From Abditibacteriota bacterium (lineage in GTDB: Bacteria; Armatimonadota; UBA5829): a stretch of 64,000 nt of DNA. The notes under the pieces are model-generated. The model had not been told where the DNA came from and ran no database searches. It saw only the letters and a program-made list of their open reading frames with translations. The position numbers were made by a program, and so were the translations under genes. The stretch is from NCBI GenBank assembly GCA_017445025.1, contig JAFSVJ010000028.1, positions 95,752 to 159,751 of the forward strand. Reading direction: 5' to 3'. Numbering within the stretch: position 1 is the stretch's first letter; each line of letters begins with the position of its first letter. This document shows, piece after piece, positions 48,911 through 60,131 of the stretch.

Positions 48911-49426
48911 ATGAAGAAAATTATTTTATGTATTATTATCTTAGGGGCATTAAGTTTTCTTATAGGTTGTGGCGGAAGCGGTGGCTCTTCTCACAAGAAA
49001 GATGACCCTTCAACAGAAACCTTAGTTGTGGTCACATGCCCAACAGAATTTCATGGTGATGCCATAAAGTTGGCATATTCTTCTGCCGGACACCTAATTA
49101 CAGTTAAAACTACTCTTTCAGACAAATATAAAGATAAAGTTTTACTTTATAATTGGTATTGGGACTCTACGGGTGGAGCACCTTTATTTGGAACGGATGA
49201 TGTTTACAACAATGCAGAATTTATTTACAGGCCAAATGACACAAGCATAATTCCTCCGGACGTAACCTATGGAACAGAAAGAGTATATAACAGAGGATTT
49301 AAGCTTTTGAGCAGCAATATAGATCGATATTTATATTTGATTGTAAAGACATCCACAGGTGCAACTCTTGATACAATAAAATTCTATGTTGCCGAACCTG
49401 TAGCACCACCTGCACCAAATCAATAA
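48911..49426 (+). CDS. Lipoprotein, hypothetical
   Basis: Lipobox 'LIGCGG'. Confidence 0.5.
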   Translation: MKKIILCIIILGALSFLIGCGGSGGSSHKKDDPSTETLVVVTCPTEFHGDAIKLAYSSAGHLITVKTTLSDKYKDKVLLYNWYWDSTGGAPLFGTDDVYNNAEFIYRPNDTSIIPPDVTYGTERVYNRGFKLLSSNIDRYLYLIVKTSTGATLDTIKFYVAEPVAPPAPNQ

Positions 49427-49452
49427 AATATAATTTAACATAAGGATATATT

Positions 49453-50265
49453 ATGGAAATAGGAATTATTAACGGTTTATACAACCAAGGAAAATGCTTT
49501 GACAAATTAATAAGTTTGGGACTTCGCACATGCCAATTGGCAGGTTGGGATTTCACTCAGCAAACAGAAGAAGCAATAGAAAATGTTAAACAAGAAATAA
49601 AAGAGAAAAATCTCAATATAAGATCCTTTTGGGCAGGTTGGAGCGGAAACCAACACTGGGACCTTATAGACGGTCCTCTCACCTTGGGTATTGTTCCGAT
49701 TCAATACAGAGCCAAAAGAGTAGCCGAACTCAAAAGCTGGGCAGACTTTGCTCACAAAATCGGTATCAAAAATATGATTACTCACTTTGGGTTTATACCA
49801 GAAAACATGTGTGACCCTAACTATTGGGGAGTTGTTGACACTATAAAAGAATTGGCAGAATATTGTCTCCAATATGACATGGGACTGTGGTTTGAAACAG
49901 GTCAAGAAACCCCTGTGGTTATTCTCCGAACCATTGAAGCTGTTGGCACAGGAAACCTTGGAATTAACTTAGACCCCGCCAACCTTATTCTCTACGGAAA
50001 AGGTAATCCTATTGATGCTTTAGATGTTTTTGGAAAATATGTTTGCCAAGTTCACGTTAAAGACGCCCTTCCCCCTACTTGCGGAACAAAATTAGGATTG
50101 GAAGTAGCCCCGGGACAAGGTTCTGTTCGTTTCCCTGAATTTATCCAAAAATTAAAGAAAATCGGTTTCACAGGTGAATTTATTATAGAAAGAGAAATAT
50201 CCGGTGAACAACAAATTAAAGACATGAAACAAACCATCCTTGATCTTCAAGAGTGGTGGAAATAA
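49453..50265 (+). CDS. Sugar phosphate isomerase/epimerase (xylose-isomerase-like TIM barrel)
   Basis: Fold-level resemblance (…HFGF…GINLDPANL…). Confidence 0.55.
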   Translation: MEIGIINGLYNQGKCFDKLISLGLRTCQLAGWDFTQQTEEAIENVKQEIKEKNLNIRSFWAGWSGNQHWDLIDGPLTLGIVPIQYRAKRVAELKSWADFAHKIGIKNMITHFGFIPENMCDPNYWGVVDTIKELAEYCLQYDMGLWFETGQETPVVILRTIEAVGTGNLGINLDPANLILYGKGNPIDALDVFGKYVCQVHVKDALPPTCGTKLGLEVAPGQGSVRFPEFIQKLKKIGFTGEFIIEREISGEQQIKDMKQTILDLQEWWK

Positions 50266-51411
50266 ATGATAAAAATATCAGTCTTAGGTAGCACAGGTTC
50301 CATAGGCACTCAAGTTTTAGATGTTTGCAAAAGAATCAAGGACCATATTTCCGTTATAGCTCTCGGAGCACAAAACAATGCAGACCTTCTCATAAAGCAA
50401 ATAAATGAATTCAAACCTAAATATGCTTGTATCGGAAATGGGGCTTTATATGATTATGTCAAAGAAAATATACCGGAAGACACCAAACTTGTATCCGACG
50501 AAGAAGGGTTTTTGACATTAACGGAAATTGAAGCAGACAAAATCATTATTTCCATAGCAGGATTTCCCGGGTTCTTTCCAACTCTACGGGCCATTGAACT
50601 TAGAAAAACAGTCTGTTTGGCATCAAAGGAAGTCCTTGTTGCCGGCGGTCATATCGTCACAGAATATGCAAAAAAATATAATGTGCCTATTTTGCCTATC
50701 GATTCAGAACACAGTGCCATTTTCCAATGTTTGCAAGGAAATGACAAAAGAGAAATAAAAAAACTTATTTTAACCGCTTCCGGTGGTGCTTTCCGTGATA
50801 AATCCATTGAAGAATTATCAAAAGTCACATACAAAGAAGCTCTCAACCACCCTACTTGGAAAATGGGGAAAAAAGTTACCATTGACAGTGCAACTCTTAT
50901 GAACAAAGGGTTGGAAATAATAGAGGCAAAATGGCTATTTGGAGTAGAGGCAGACCAAATAGATGTGCTTCTCCACAGAGAAAGTATTATTCATTCTATG
51001 GTGGAATTTAAAGACAGAGCAGTCATAGCCCAATTGGGACGTGCGGACATGAGAGTGCCTATTCAATACTCCCTATTATATCCCCATAGAATTGAAAACG
51101 GACTTGAGAGCCTTGATTTAAGGGCCTTTGGCTCCCTAAATTTTGGTTATATTGATTATAAGAAATTTCCATGTTTAAAAATAGCTTTTGAAGTATTGAA
51201 AGAAGGCGGTAATATTCCTTGTATTATGAATGCGGCAGATGACGCCTGTGTCAAACTCTTTATGGAAGAAAAAATAGGTTTTCTTGATATACCGAGAATC
51301 ATTGAAGAAAATATCTCTTCATATACAAAAACAAAAGCACCAAGTATAAATGAATTAATCAACCTTGATAAAGAGGTTAAAGCCAAAATATACGAAAAAT
51401 ATAATTACTGA
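50266..51411 (+). CDS. dxr: 1-deoxy-D-xylulose 5-phosphate reductoisomerase
   Basis: 'ISVLGSTGSIGTQVLDV', 'DSEHSAIFQCL'. Confidence 0.9.
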   Translation: MIKISVLGSTGSIGTQVLDVCKRIKDHISVIALGAQNNADLLIKQINEFKPKYACIGNGALYDYVKENIPEDTKLVSDEEGFLTLTEIEADKIIISIAGFPGFFPTLRAIELRKTVCLASKEVLVAGGHIVTEYAKKYNVPILPIDSEHSAIFQCLQGNDKREIKKLILTASGGAFRDKSIEELSKVTYKEALNHPTWKMGKKVTIDSATLMNKGLEIIEAKWLFGVEADQIDVLLHRESIIHSMVEFKDRAVIAQLGRADMRVPIQYSLLYPHRIENGLESLDLRAFGSLNFGYIDYKKFPCLKIAFEVLKEGGNIPCIMNAADDACVKLFMEEKIGFLDIPRIIEENISSYTKTKAPSINELINLDKEVKAKIYEKYNY

Positions 51412-51423
51412 GCGAAAGAAAAT

Positions 51424-52446
51424 ATGCCTAAAAAGAAAAAAGAAGAAATAACAAACATTCCACAACGAGAAACTACAAAGCCTGTAAGAATGAAAGATGT
51501 GGCAGAGATGTGCGGAACATCCATTTCTACTGTATCTCGTGTGTTGAACGGAATAAAAACAGATTGGATATCAAAAGAAACTGAAAATAGAATTAATGAA
51601 GTAGCATACACCATGGGTTATAAGAAAAATGTTTTTGCACAGGCATTAACAGGGGGAAAAACCTATCTGATTGATATTCAAATCCCGGCTCAATATTATG
51701 GCATGATATATTGTTTTAATACCTTATCAAGAGATACGGATTATAGCATTATTACCAGAGATGTGGAAATTAAATATATATCAAATAAAGATATAATAAA
51801 TCTTTCAGTAGATGGTGTTATTTCTATTGTAGATGTATCTTTAATAGAAAGCTATATGAAAAACCTTCCTCACAAAAACTGTGTAAGTATAGGAAGAAAC
51901 TGTTCTACCAAATTTGACCATATTTATGAAGATTTTTATGACGGAACTTGTGAAGCCATTGAATATTTAATCAAAACCGGTTGTAAAAAAATAGGTTACT
52001 TAACTGATGATTTAATGATCCCAAAAAGAGAAGAAAAAGTTAGAGCTTATTTAACAACCCTTGAAAAACACAATTTAAAGTCTGTTTTTATTAATACAAA
52101 AGGCTGGAATCCCAATGACGTTTACGAGGGAGTGCTTTCAAAGCTTAAATCCGGTCTTAAAGTAGATGCTATTTTTTGCCACTCTGACGTTCGACATGAT
52201 CCATGTGTGAAAGCCCTGCAAGACTATGGTTTAAAAATCCCGAAAGATGTGTCCATTCTCACCGCCGGTCATATATCAGACCCAATTTTAGGCTTTAAAA
52301 AAGATATTTCAGGAATATTTATTGAAGACAGTGTTATTTGCGAAAAAGCTTGGAATTTCTTAATTAAGAGAATTGAAAACCCTAAATTACCCATTCAAGA
52401 ATTCATAGCAAAATATAGATTTATAAAAGGAAACTCCACAAAATAA
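51424..52446 (+). CDS. LacI-family transcriptional regulator
   Basis: Helix-turn-helix 'VRMKDVAEMCGTSISTVSRVLNG' plus a periplasmic-binding-protein fold. Confidence 0.75.
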   Translation: MPKKKKEEITNIPQRETTKPVRMKDVAEMCGTSISTVSRVLNGIKTDWISKETENRINEVAYTMGYKKNVFAQALTGGKTYLIDIQIPAQYYGMIYCFNTLSRDTDYSIITRDVEIKYISNKDIINLSVDGVISIVDVSLIESYMKNLPHKNCVSIGRNCSTKFDHIYEDFYDGTCEAIEYLIKTGCKKIGYLTDDLMIPKREEKVRAYLTTLEKHNLKSVFINTKGWNPNDVYEGVLSKLKSGLKVDAIFCHSDVRHDPCVKALQDYGLKIPKDVSILTAGHISDPILGFKKDISGIFIEDSVICEKAWNFLIKRIENPKLPIQEFIAKYRFIKGNSTK

Positions 52447-52855
52447 ATTTGTGTAGCAAATTCCACGGGTTCCCGAAAACCCCCGCTTGCGAATTACCCT
52501 AGGGTCCCCTAAAAAACCCTTGCGTAGCAAAACTTTTTGGAAATGTTTTTTTTGGATTTAGAATAGTCCTCCGACTTTTTGAGATTTGGGTAAGGAGGAT
52601 ATAGGGGGGGATATTTAAAGCGAATTTTTGCATTCACTCGCTTTGTGAGATAGAAGCCTAATAATCTACAGAGCAACCCAAATAAGAAAGTGTATCAATT
52701 GGGAAATATAAAAAAATTTTTAATAGCAATGCTTAAAAATTGTTTTTTTTTGATATGTTATAACACTATCGGGATTGCAAATGTTTCTTTTTACAATTAC
52801 AATTCACAATAAAAAAAATTCCCCATAAGGAGAATTCTTTTTTTTGTTTTAATTA

Positions 52856-54226
52856 TTATTTTAATACTTCTTTTATTCTGTCAGCCAAGGTATGAACTAT
52901 TCTGTCCACATCATCTTGGTTATCACCTTCAGCCATTACTCTTATAAGATTTTCTGTGCCGGAAGCTCTTAATACCAATCTTCCGCTATCTCTCAGTTCT
53001 TCTTCGGCTTTTTCCTTTGCCTTCAAAATCTCCTCATTCTCTTCCCAACCTTCCTTGTTTTCCACTTTAACATTTACCAAAAGCTGAGGATATTCTTTTA
53101 TGTCTTTTGTCAATTCCTTTAAAGTCTTTCCACTCTGTAAAATTGTTTTAATAACCATAAGAGCGGTTAACATCCCGTCTCCCACAGGGGCTATTTCATT
53201 AAAAATTATGTGACCGCTTTTTTCTCCGCCCACAACAGCTCCAAGAGTTATCATATCTTCTGCCACATATCGGTCACCCACTTTTGATCTGTGAAGTTTT
53301 ATACCGGAAGCTTTTAAATATTTGGCAAGGCCCAAATTACTCATAACTGTCCCTACCACACAATCTGCGGGAAGACCGACACTCTCTTTTCTCTCTTTAG
53401 CATAAAGAGCCATTATTTTATCACCGTCAACAATATTCCCTTCGTGATCACACATTATAACTCTGTCTGCGTCACCGTCAAAGGCACAGCCTAAATCTGC
53501 TCCTTCTTCTTTTGTCGCCTTAGCGATAAATTCAGGATGAAGAGAACCGCATCCTCTGTTAATATTTAGACCATCGGGAGTGTGATTAAAAGATATAGCT
53601 TTTGCTCCTAAACTTTCAAAAAGTTCTTTAGCTATATTTGATGAAGCGCCATAAGCACAATCAAGAGCTATAGTCATGCCGGAAAGATTCAAAGGCTCAT
53701 CATTTATCTTTACAGCATTTTTCAAAAAATCCATATAAAGATGAACATATTCACTGCCATCTATTCTTATTCCAATCTTATCTTCCGATTCAAACTTTGG
53801 GCTAATATTATCCATAATGTTTTCTATGTAAGTTTCTGTTTCGTCAGAAAGTTTATTTCCGTCTTTTGAAAGAATTTTAATGCCGTTATCATAATATGGA
53901 TTATGAGAAGCGCTTATTACAACTCCCAAACTTACAAATGAATTGTTTTTGGTAACAAAGCCAACGCCGGGAGTGGTTATAACACCCAAATCCAAAACAT
54001 TCACACCCATAGAACACAAACCTGATGAGAGTGCGCTCTTTAGCATAAATCCGGAAAGCCTTGTATCTGTGCCTATGGCAACAGTTTTACCTAAACCCTT
54101 TTCATTCAAATATTGCCCTAAAGCATAACCTAATTTTAGTGATAAAAGAGATGTCAATCCTTTATTTGCCACACCTCTGATACCGTCTGTGCCGAAATAT
54201 TTACCCATATTTTTCCTCCTACTCAA
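52856..54226 (-). CDS. glmM: Phosphoglucosamine mutase
   Basis: 'GTDGIRG', active-site 'SASHNPYYDNGIK'. Confidence 0.9.
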   Translation of the reverse strand: MSRRKNMGKYFGTDGIRGVANKGLTSLLSLKLGYALGQYLNEKGLGKTVAIGTDTRLSGFMLKSALSSGLCSMGVNVLDLGVITTPGVGFVTKNNSFVSLGVVISASHNPYYDNGIKILSKDGNKLSDETETYIENIMDNISPKFESEDKIGIRIDGSEYVHLYMDFLKNAVKINDEPLNLSGMTIALDCAYGASSNIAKELFESLGAKAISFNHTPDGLNINRGCGSLHPEFIAKATKEEGADLGCAFDGDADRVIMCDHEGNIVDGDKIMALYAKERKESVGLPADCVVGTVMSNLGLAKYLKASGIKLHRSKVGDRYVAEDMITLGAVVGGEKSGHIIFNEIAPVGDGMLTALMVIKTILQSGKTLKELTKDIKEYPQLLVNVKVENKEGWEENEEILKAKEKAEEELRDSGRLVLRASGTENLIRVMAEGDNQDDVDRIVHTLADRIKEVLK

Positions 54227-54446
54227 AATTAAAGATTATATGAGTTATTTAAAATGATATTTTCGACAAAAATTGAAGTAATTCTTTCCCTAAGAAAAAG
54301 AAGATACAATAATAGTATAATTATATTGAAGAGCTTTTACTACAATTTAAGCCACTATTATTATATCATAAAATCACTTTTTTTTCAAATTTAGAAATCA
54401 TATAAAAAACCCCCAATTAAGGGGGATTTTTAAAGACTAATAAATA

Positions 54447-56735
54447 TTATTTTAATACACATATTACTCTGTCAATGGTAATTGCTTCCGCACAATCCGG
54501 ATTATTTACACCGCACATATAAAATGTTCCGTCTTTACAATCTCCAAACTCAAAATTACCTAAATATATTATATTAAAAGAATTGTCATTTAGATCTTTG
54601 GCAGCAATATTATTCTTAAATCTGTTTGAATTTGTATTATAGTCCCAAACTCCTAAGGTAGCTATATCACCTATATCATTATGTTTATTTACGGTTTTAC
54701 ATTCAACATAAACATCAAGAGAAGTTTTCCCTGCCTTTTTGAAATTAACAATATTACCTGATACAGACCTTTGCATTGACCATTCGGTTTGTGTGGGATA
54801 AAGATCTGTGACTGTTCCGAATGAGGCATCTTTTTCTTCTCTTTGCACACCTATTGCATGTAAACCAAAATCAAGACTATCTATTTCAAACCAATCTTCA
54901 TCTTTTATGTTATTATCAATGATAAACTGCGGAGTTTTATCGGATTTTTTTAATTCATAAGCGGCTGCAACAAAATCTATAGGCTTTCCTTCACTTATAT
55001 ATCCGTTACCATGTGCGATAATATATTTTTCAAAATATTCACTAAATTCTTCTTTATCATTCCATGGCAGTTTACATTCCATAAGCACTCTGTCAAACTT
55101 TTCATCATTCATTACATACCAACCATATAAAAAGCTGATATAAATATTATTGATTTTTGTATTTGCTTGTTCATCTTTTTCTGTTTTCTTTAAGGCTTCT
55201 TGAAAAAGTTTTACACTCTTTACATAGTCATCTTCAGTCATCCATTCCATATCATATACATAAGTGGGATAATATAAACCTTTGTGATATACCGCATTAG
55301 TGTAAATATCTATAATTTTTAAAATTTCCTTATAACCTTTTCCGTAAACATTTTTACAAAAATCTTCTTTAAGTTTATCTACATCTTCATCAGGATTCCA
55401 CAAAAGTTTTGATATTAAGAAATTTTTAAGCTCATTAAATGTAGAACCTTCATTATAATAATCACCTTGTTCAAACATGGCAATTACATTGTGATCTCTG
55501 AAATATTGTAGATTTGGCTTTAATATATGCAAATTGGGATGAACTATATGACAATTAGAAAAGTTTACCGTATAATCCCACACATAAAGACTTTTACATA
55601 TATTAGCCCATGCTTCCAAATTATCCGCAAAAACCTTATTAATGGTTTGAGTATCTATATATCCCCAATTTCTTCCATTTACCGGGGTATATGGGCCAAA
55701 GGCACTTTTTTCTGCAATAGGCTCACAGAAATTATTTTCTATATCACAAACACGAATAATAACATTATCGGCACAAGTTATGCCCTTTGGAGCGGGAAGG
55801 GTGTGTTGATATGCCAAAGTTTCCACATAAACATTGGGATACTTTTTCTTAACCTCTCCTGCCACATAATTTATCATCTCTACCAAAGCTCCCGCAGGAG
55901 AAGCGTATTTTTCCTTGGCGGCACGGCAATTTTCACATTCACATTCAGTTGTATTATCCATTTGTGAAACATCTATAATCTTTGGATTATTATATGAATC
56001 CAATATTTCTATAACTCTTTTGGCAAGCTCCTTCTGCATTTCCTTGTTTGTCCAACAAAGTTGAATAGGCACTCTTCTGCCCGTCACAAGAGAATAAAAC
56101 TCCGGATGCTCATTCATATACTTTTCAGGTGGCAAATAAACCATACTTGAATGACACCAATTTATTAGTTCTATATGACCACCCATTTCTTCACTGATAT
56201 AATTATGATTTCCGTTTAACTTGTGCTTTAAAGCAAATTCCGGATAAGCATTGTTTCCGCGGTAATAAGCTTCCCTTGACATAAAAGAAGGAGTATAAGA
56301 ATAATTTATGTTATTACTTAAAACAATGGCTTTCTTTGAAGGTATCTTTTCTATGTCTTTGGTATAAAACTCAACACCTAAATATTTTACCAAGAATTCA
56401 TAAACGGAATAAATAGTTCCCCGTGGACTGTTTCCTTGAATATATAAATTATTATCCTTAAAGTTTATATTTACACCGTCGTCACCGGTTTCATCACCTA
56501 AGGCACTGATATAAACACTTTTAGGCGTCTCTGTTGTGGTTATATTTAATTTGTTTCCGGTTATTTTTTCAATATACTTTATAAATTCCTCTGCCGCATA
56601 CTTTTCAGCTTCGGTGGCATTTTCCTTAATAACCACATTAGTATTTTTAGTTATTGAAAAAGCAAACAAAGAAACTGAGAACATAAGTATAAATAGTAAT
56701 ACAAATAAAGATTTTAATAATATAACAACTTTCAT
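54447..56735 (-). CDS. Secreted DUF4838-like (GH20-related) putative glycoside hydrolase
   Basis: Signal peptide present. The 'CECENCRAAKEKY…YVETLAYQHT' region resembles DUF4838. Co-directional with pilin-like gene 3. Confidence 0.45.
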   Translation of the reverse strand: MKVVILLKSLFVLLFILMFSVSLFAFSITKNTNVVIKENATEAEKYAAEEFIKYIEKITGNKLNITTTETPKSVYISALGDETGDDGVNINFKDNNLYIQGNSPRGTIYSVYEFLVKYLGVEFYTKDIEKIPSKKAIVLSNNINYSYTPSFMSREAYYRGNNAYPEFALKHKLNGNHNYISEEMGGHIELINWCHSSMVYLPPEKYMNEHPEFYSLVTGRRVPIQLCWTNKEMQKELAKRVIEILDSYNNPKIIDVSQMDNTTECECENCRAAKEKYASPAGALVEMINYVAGEVKKKYPNVYVETLAYQHTLPAPKGITCADNVIIRVCDIENNFCEPIAEKSAFGPYTPVNGRNWGYIDTQTINKVFADNLEAWANICKSLYVWDYTVNFSNCHIVHPNLHILKPNLQYFRDHNVIAMFEQGDYYNEGSTFNELKNFLISKLLWNPDEDVDKLKEDFCKNVYGKGYKEILKIIDIYTNAVYHKGLYYPTYVYDMEWMTEDDYVKSVKLFQEALKKTEKDEQANTKINNIYISFLYGWYVMNDEKFDRVLMECKLPWNDKEEFSEYFEKYIIAHGNGYISEGKPIDFVAAAYELKKSDKTPQFIIDNNIKDEDWFEIDSLDFGLHAIGVQREEKDASFGTVTDLYPTQTEWSMQRSVSGNIVNFKKAGKTSLDVYVECKTVNKHNDIGDIATLGVWDYNTNSNRFKNNIAAKDLNDNSFNIIYLGNFEFGDCKDGTFYMCGVNNPDCAEAITIDRVICVLK

Positions 56736-56782
56736 AATATTTCTCCTTTTCTAATTATATTATAACATATTTAAACATAATA

Positions 56783-56813
56783 ATACAAAAAATAGCAGGA
56801 AATAATTCCTGCT
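56783..56813 (-). terminator. Rho-independent terminator (AGCAGGAATTATTTCCTGCT followed by a T-run on the minus strand) after pilin-like gene 3.
   Basis: Perfect hairpin followed by T7. Confidence 0.6.
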
Positions 56814-56920
56814 ATACACCAAAATCTCTATTACCTATACGTAAAGGGATATATATTACTCACATTAAGGACGCTTTTAATAGATAGATTTCTGTAAAGC
56901 AAAAAACGGGAAATGAAATC

Positions 56921-57664
56921 CTATTGATAGTAAGCAGGATCCCAATATTGGCAATTATCCCCCCAAGATTCCAAATAAACAGACGGACCGCTGTGCCTTT
57001 TGTTATATTTTGCATGTCCATCACAATATGTAATGTTCATACCATCATTGTGCCTATTAGGTTGAGAATAACTGCCACCTGTCACAACATCACCGCAAGC
57101 AATTACCGGTGCCATTACAAAAGCACCCTGAGACCAAGGTTCAGCAGTTTGAACCAGTGCATCACAACAAAATACAATCTCTGAAACATTACTTATTCCG
57201 GATAAAGAATAAGGGTTGCATCCTGAAGCAACATCTATTGAGTTATATCCATGATTTAACATTATATTAAAGCCATAACCGTTAAACTTTTTGTTAAGAG
57301 AAGGACAATTAAAAATATTAACATTTTTAACATATGGGAATATAGAATCCATCCAAGTCCAACTATAAGAAACGTTTATAACCCAAGCTGTTGTTCTTAA
57401 TTTTGTAAATGGATATCCGGGCCAATTTGCCACGTCAGCATCAGTATACATACTGAGCCTTGAGTCACAACATGGTGGGACAGTCTCCTCAAAATCGTCT
57501 ATATAGAGTTGCAATGCCGTCCCAATCTGTTTAGTATTGGATAAACAATTTGCAGCTCTTGCCTTTTCCCTTGCCTGTGCAAACACAGGAAACAATATTG
57601 CTGCCAGAATAGCTATAATAGCTATCACTACCAACAACTCGATTAATGTAAAAGCTTTCTTCAT
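56921..57664 (-). CDS. Prepilin-type N-terminal cleavage/methylation plus H-X9-DG protein; paralog 3.
   Basis: '[40 protein letters not shown]'. C-terminal '[17 protein letters not shown]'. Confidence 0.8.
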   Translation of the reverse strand: MKKAFTLIELLVVIAIIAILAAILFPVFAQAREKARAANCLSNTKQIGTALQLYIDDFEETVPPCCDSRLSMYTDADVANWPGYPFTKLRTTAWVINVSYSWTWMDSIFPYVKNVNIFNCPSLNKKFNGYGFNIMLNHGYNSIDVASGCNPYSLSGISNVSEIVFCCDALVQTAEPWSQGAFVMAPVIACGDVVTGGSYSQPNRHNDGMNITYCDGHAKYNKRHSGPSVYLESWGDNCQYWDPAYYQ

Positions 57665-57695
57665 TTTTTTACCTCTCTCATTTTCCTACTTGTAT

Positions 57696-57726
57696 TAATA
57701 AGTTTTTAATACAAGTATGATATATT
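57696..57726. promoter_or_regulatory. Candidate operator palindrome TACTTGTATTAA-TAAGTTT-TTAATACAAGTA between the promoter and the ribosome-binding site of pilin-like gene 3.
   Basis: 12-bp perfect arms. Confidence 0.5.
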
Positions 57727-57754
57727 TTTTTGCTTTACAATAATAATTATATCA

Positions 57755-57783
57755 CATTTTCATCAAAATGTCAAGGTTTTTTT
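57755..57783 (-). promoter_or_regulatory. Sigma70-type promoter for pilin-like gene 3 on the minus strand: -35 TTGACA (57778-57783), a 17-nt spacer, and an extended -10 TGATATAAT (57755-57763).
   Basis: Consensus hexamers. Confidence 0.55.
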
Positions 57784-57913
57784 AAGTAAAAAATTCAAAA
57801 AATTCAAAAAATCGAAAAAAAGTTATTATAATAAATTAAGTTATAACTTGATTTTTTTTTATAAATATAGTATAATAATATATGATAACTTATTAGTATA
57901 AATCAGGTATAAT

Positions 57914-58945
57914 ATGAATAAAAAGGATATAGTTATAAAATATATTGAAGAAAACATAAACAATGGTAAATGGAAGGTCGGCTCCAAAATTTTCTCAGAA
58001 AATCAATTAATTGATTATTTGGGAGTTTCCAGAGTGACCATTCGTTTAGCCATAAATGAATTGTGCAATAAAGGCGTCCTTGAAACTCGCCAAGGAAGCG
58101 GAACATATATCAAAGGACAATACACAAACCCGGGAAAATATATTATCATATTAACAAGTATAGGTGCTGTAACGGGAGACACCAATTATATTTACAGATA
58201 TTTTATAGACTTATTGGAAAAATATATTAAAAGTTTGGGATACTCACCTATAGCTTATGTGGGAAATCCGGATATTAACATAGAAGAGGGTCTTGCAAGC
58301 AAACTAAATGACATCGGAGGGATCATATTTCTTTACGGACTCCAAAAAGACTTAGATGTGCTTAATATGCTTAACATCCCCATTATTTCTTCCTTAGGTG
58401 CATTTAGCAATTTTTGTCCGGGAGTTCTATTAGACTATACGGATTTAATCTACAAAACAGACTACCTTTTAAAAAAATATAATTATAAAGAAGTTATTAT
58501 TTTTAAAATCAATCAAAACAACAAAAAACATGTTAAAGAAAATCTTGTTTGGCTTGCCATGGACAGTTTCTTTTCTAATTATCATGTTGTAAATATGCCC
58601 ATATCCTACGACCACAATATGAAGGTAGATATTTTTAAAAGCACTATCTCAAAAATCAAAAAGTCTCCGGACTGTATTGTATTTATGGATGATACCATAT
58701 ATCTTACTGCCTCTCCATACTTTCAAAAATATCATAACATTTTAAAAGATACCAAAATTATAACCCACTCCTCAGGAAATTTGGAAACCACAGATGTTTA
58801 TAAAATCTGTAAAATAGAATTTAATTTAGATAAGGTTGCAAAAGAAACCGTAAACCTAATTGACAAAAGAATAAATAAAATTAATTTTAATGAATATAAC
58901 ATTTATATTAAACCTAAAGTTATAAATGAAGAAAACTTAATTTAA
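57914..58945 (+). CDS. GntR-family transcriptional regulator with a sugar-binding-like domain; paralog 3 (more divergent than the other two).
   Basis: 'SENQLIDYLGVSRVTIRLAINELCNKGVLETRQGSGTYI'. Confidence 0.7.
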   Translation: MNKKDIVIKYIEENINNGKWKVGSKIFSENQLIDYLGVSRVTIRLAINELCNKGVLETRQGSGTYIKGQYTNPGKYIIILTSIGAVTGDTNYIYRYFIDLLEKYIKSLGYSPIAYVGNPDINIEEGLASKLNDIGGIIFLYGLQKDLDVLNMLNIPIISSLGAFSNFCPGVLLDYTDLIYKTDYLLKKYNYKEVIIFKINQNNKKHVKENLVWLAMDSFFSNYHVVNMPISYDHNMKVDIFKSTISKIKKSPDCIVFMDDTIYLTASPYFQKYHNILKDTKIITHSSGNLETTDVYKICKIEFNLDKVAKETVNLIDKRINKINFNEYNIYIKPKVINEENLI

Positions 58946-59391
58946 AAAAAGCAAAAATTATAATCCTGTTTTAAAATTTTAAAGTTTACAAAGCAAAATA
59001 AAATGTGGGTGCAGACTTTTTGGGATTTGGTGCTACGTAATGGGCTCCATTGCGGCAAAAAAGCCTCAGTTGTTAGATTCACCCTCCTTAAACTAAAATT
59101 TGCAAATTTTCTTTTAAGGAGGGGGGACCATTCGCAAAGCGAATGGTGGGTGGTCAGGAATATATTTGCATAGAATTGCAAATTTATGCATTCACTCGCT
59201 TGCGAGATAGAAGCCTAATAATTTAAACCAACAACCCAAGTTCAATTCCCAAGGGGTCCCGAAAAGTTGAAGCATCTGCGAAAACTTTTTGGGAATGGGA
59301 AGGAGGGGTATAGATAGAACAAGCCTTAAGCTTATCGTTTATTTTGCATTCTGCATTTTTCATTAAAAAAAAGCCCTTTTCAGGGCTTTTT

Positions 59392-60117
59392 TTATTCTTC
59401 CTCGTCATCGTCGGGGATTATGTTCTCTTTCTTGTTTCTGTATTCACGGACTTTTTCAACTTCTGTTTGGACATCTTCATCATCTGCAAAACTACATAAA
59501 TCCATACTCTTTCTTGCATTATATGTAAGACTGTGTAAAGTCCCAAAATTCAATGCTGTTCCTTCTTTGTCCGCAGCATAAGTCATGGACAGTTTTCTGC
59601 TCATACCCAAGTCTTCCGCAAAATCTTCAGCCTCAAAATTGGCACCCATAAATATGAATTCCCAACCTGCATCCTTTCTCTTGCTCTCAATCAAAGATTT
59701 AATGGCTTTATGACTATATTCACGGCTGGAGTTTTCCATTCCGTCTGTCATAATCACAAACAATGTCTTTTGAGGCTTTAAATCCTCATTAATTTTGGTT
59801 GTTTGACTTATTGCAAAACCTACTGCGTCATAAAGTGCTGTTCCGCCTTCTGCAACATATTCCTTTGTTGTCATGTGTTTGGCTTTTTTAATGTCCTTGT
59901 TGGTATAAAGAACATCGGTCTCTGTGTTAAATAGATAACAAGATACCACAGCTTCACCCACTGATTCTTCTTTTTGTTTGTCCAAATAAGAATTGAATCC
60001 ACCAATGGTGTCGGCAGTCAATTGATACATTGATCCGCTCTTGTCCAAAATAAAAACTATATGTGTTAAATTCTTCTCTGAATCTTCCATAACTTTCTTC
60101 GGGGCATTCTTTGCCAT
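59392..60117 (-). CDS. von Willebrand factor A (vWA) domain protein
   Basis: MIDAS 'DKSGSM', '…TALYDAVG…', 'MTDGMENSS'. Confidence 0.7.
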   Translation of the reverse strand: MAKNAPKKVMEDSEKNLTHIVFILDKSGSMYQLTADTIGGFNSYLDKQKEESVGEAVVSCYLFNTETDVLYTNKDIKKAKHMTTKEYVAEGGTALYDAVGFAISQTTKINEDLKPQKTLFVIMTDGMENSSREYSHKAIKSLIESKRKDAGWEFIFMGANFEAEDFAEDLGMSRKLSMTYAADKEGTALNFGTLHSLTYNARKSMDLCSFADDEDVQTEVEKVREYRNKKENIIPDDDEEE

Positions 60118-60131
60118 AAAAATATCTCCTA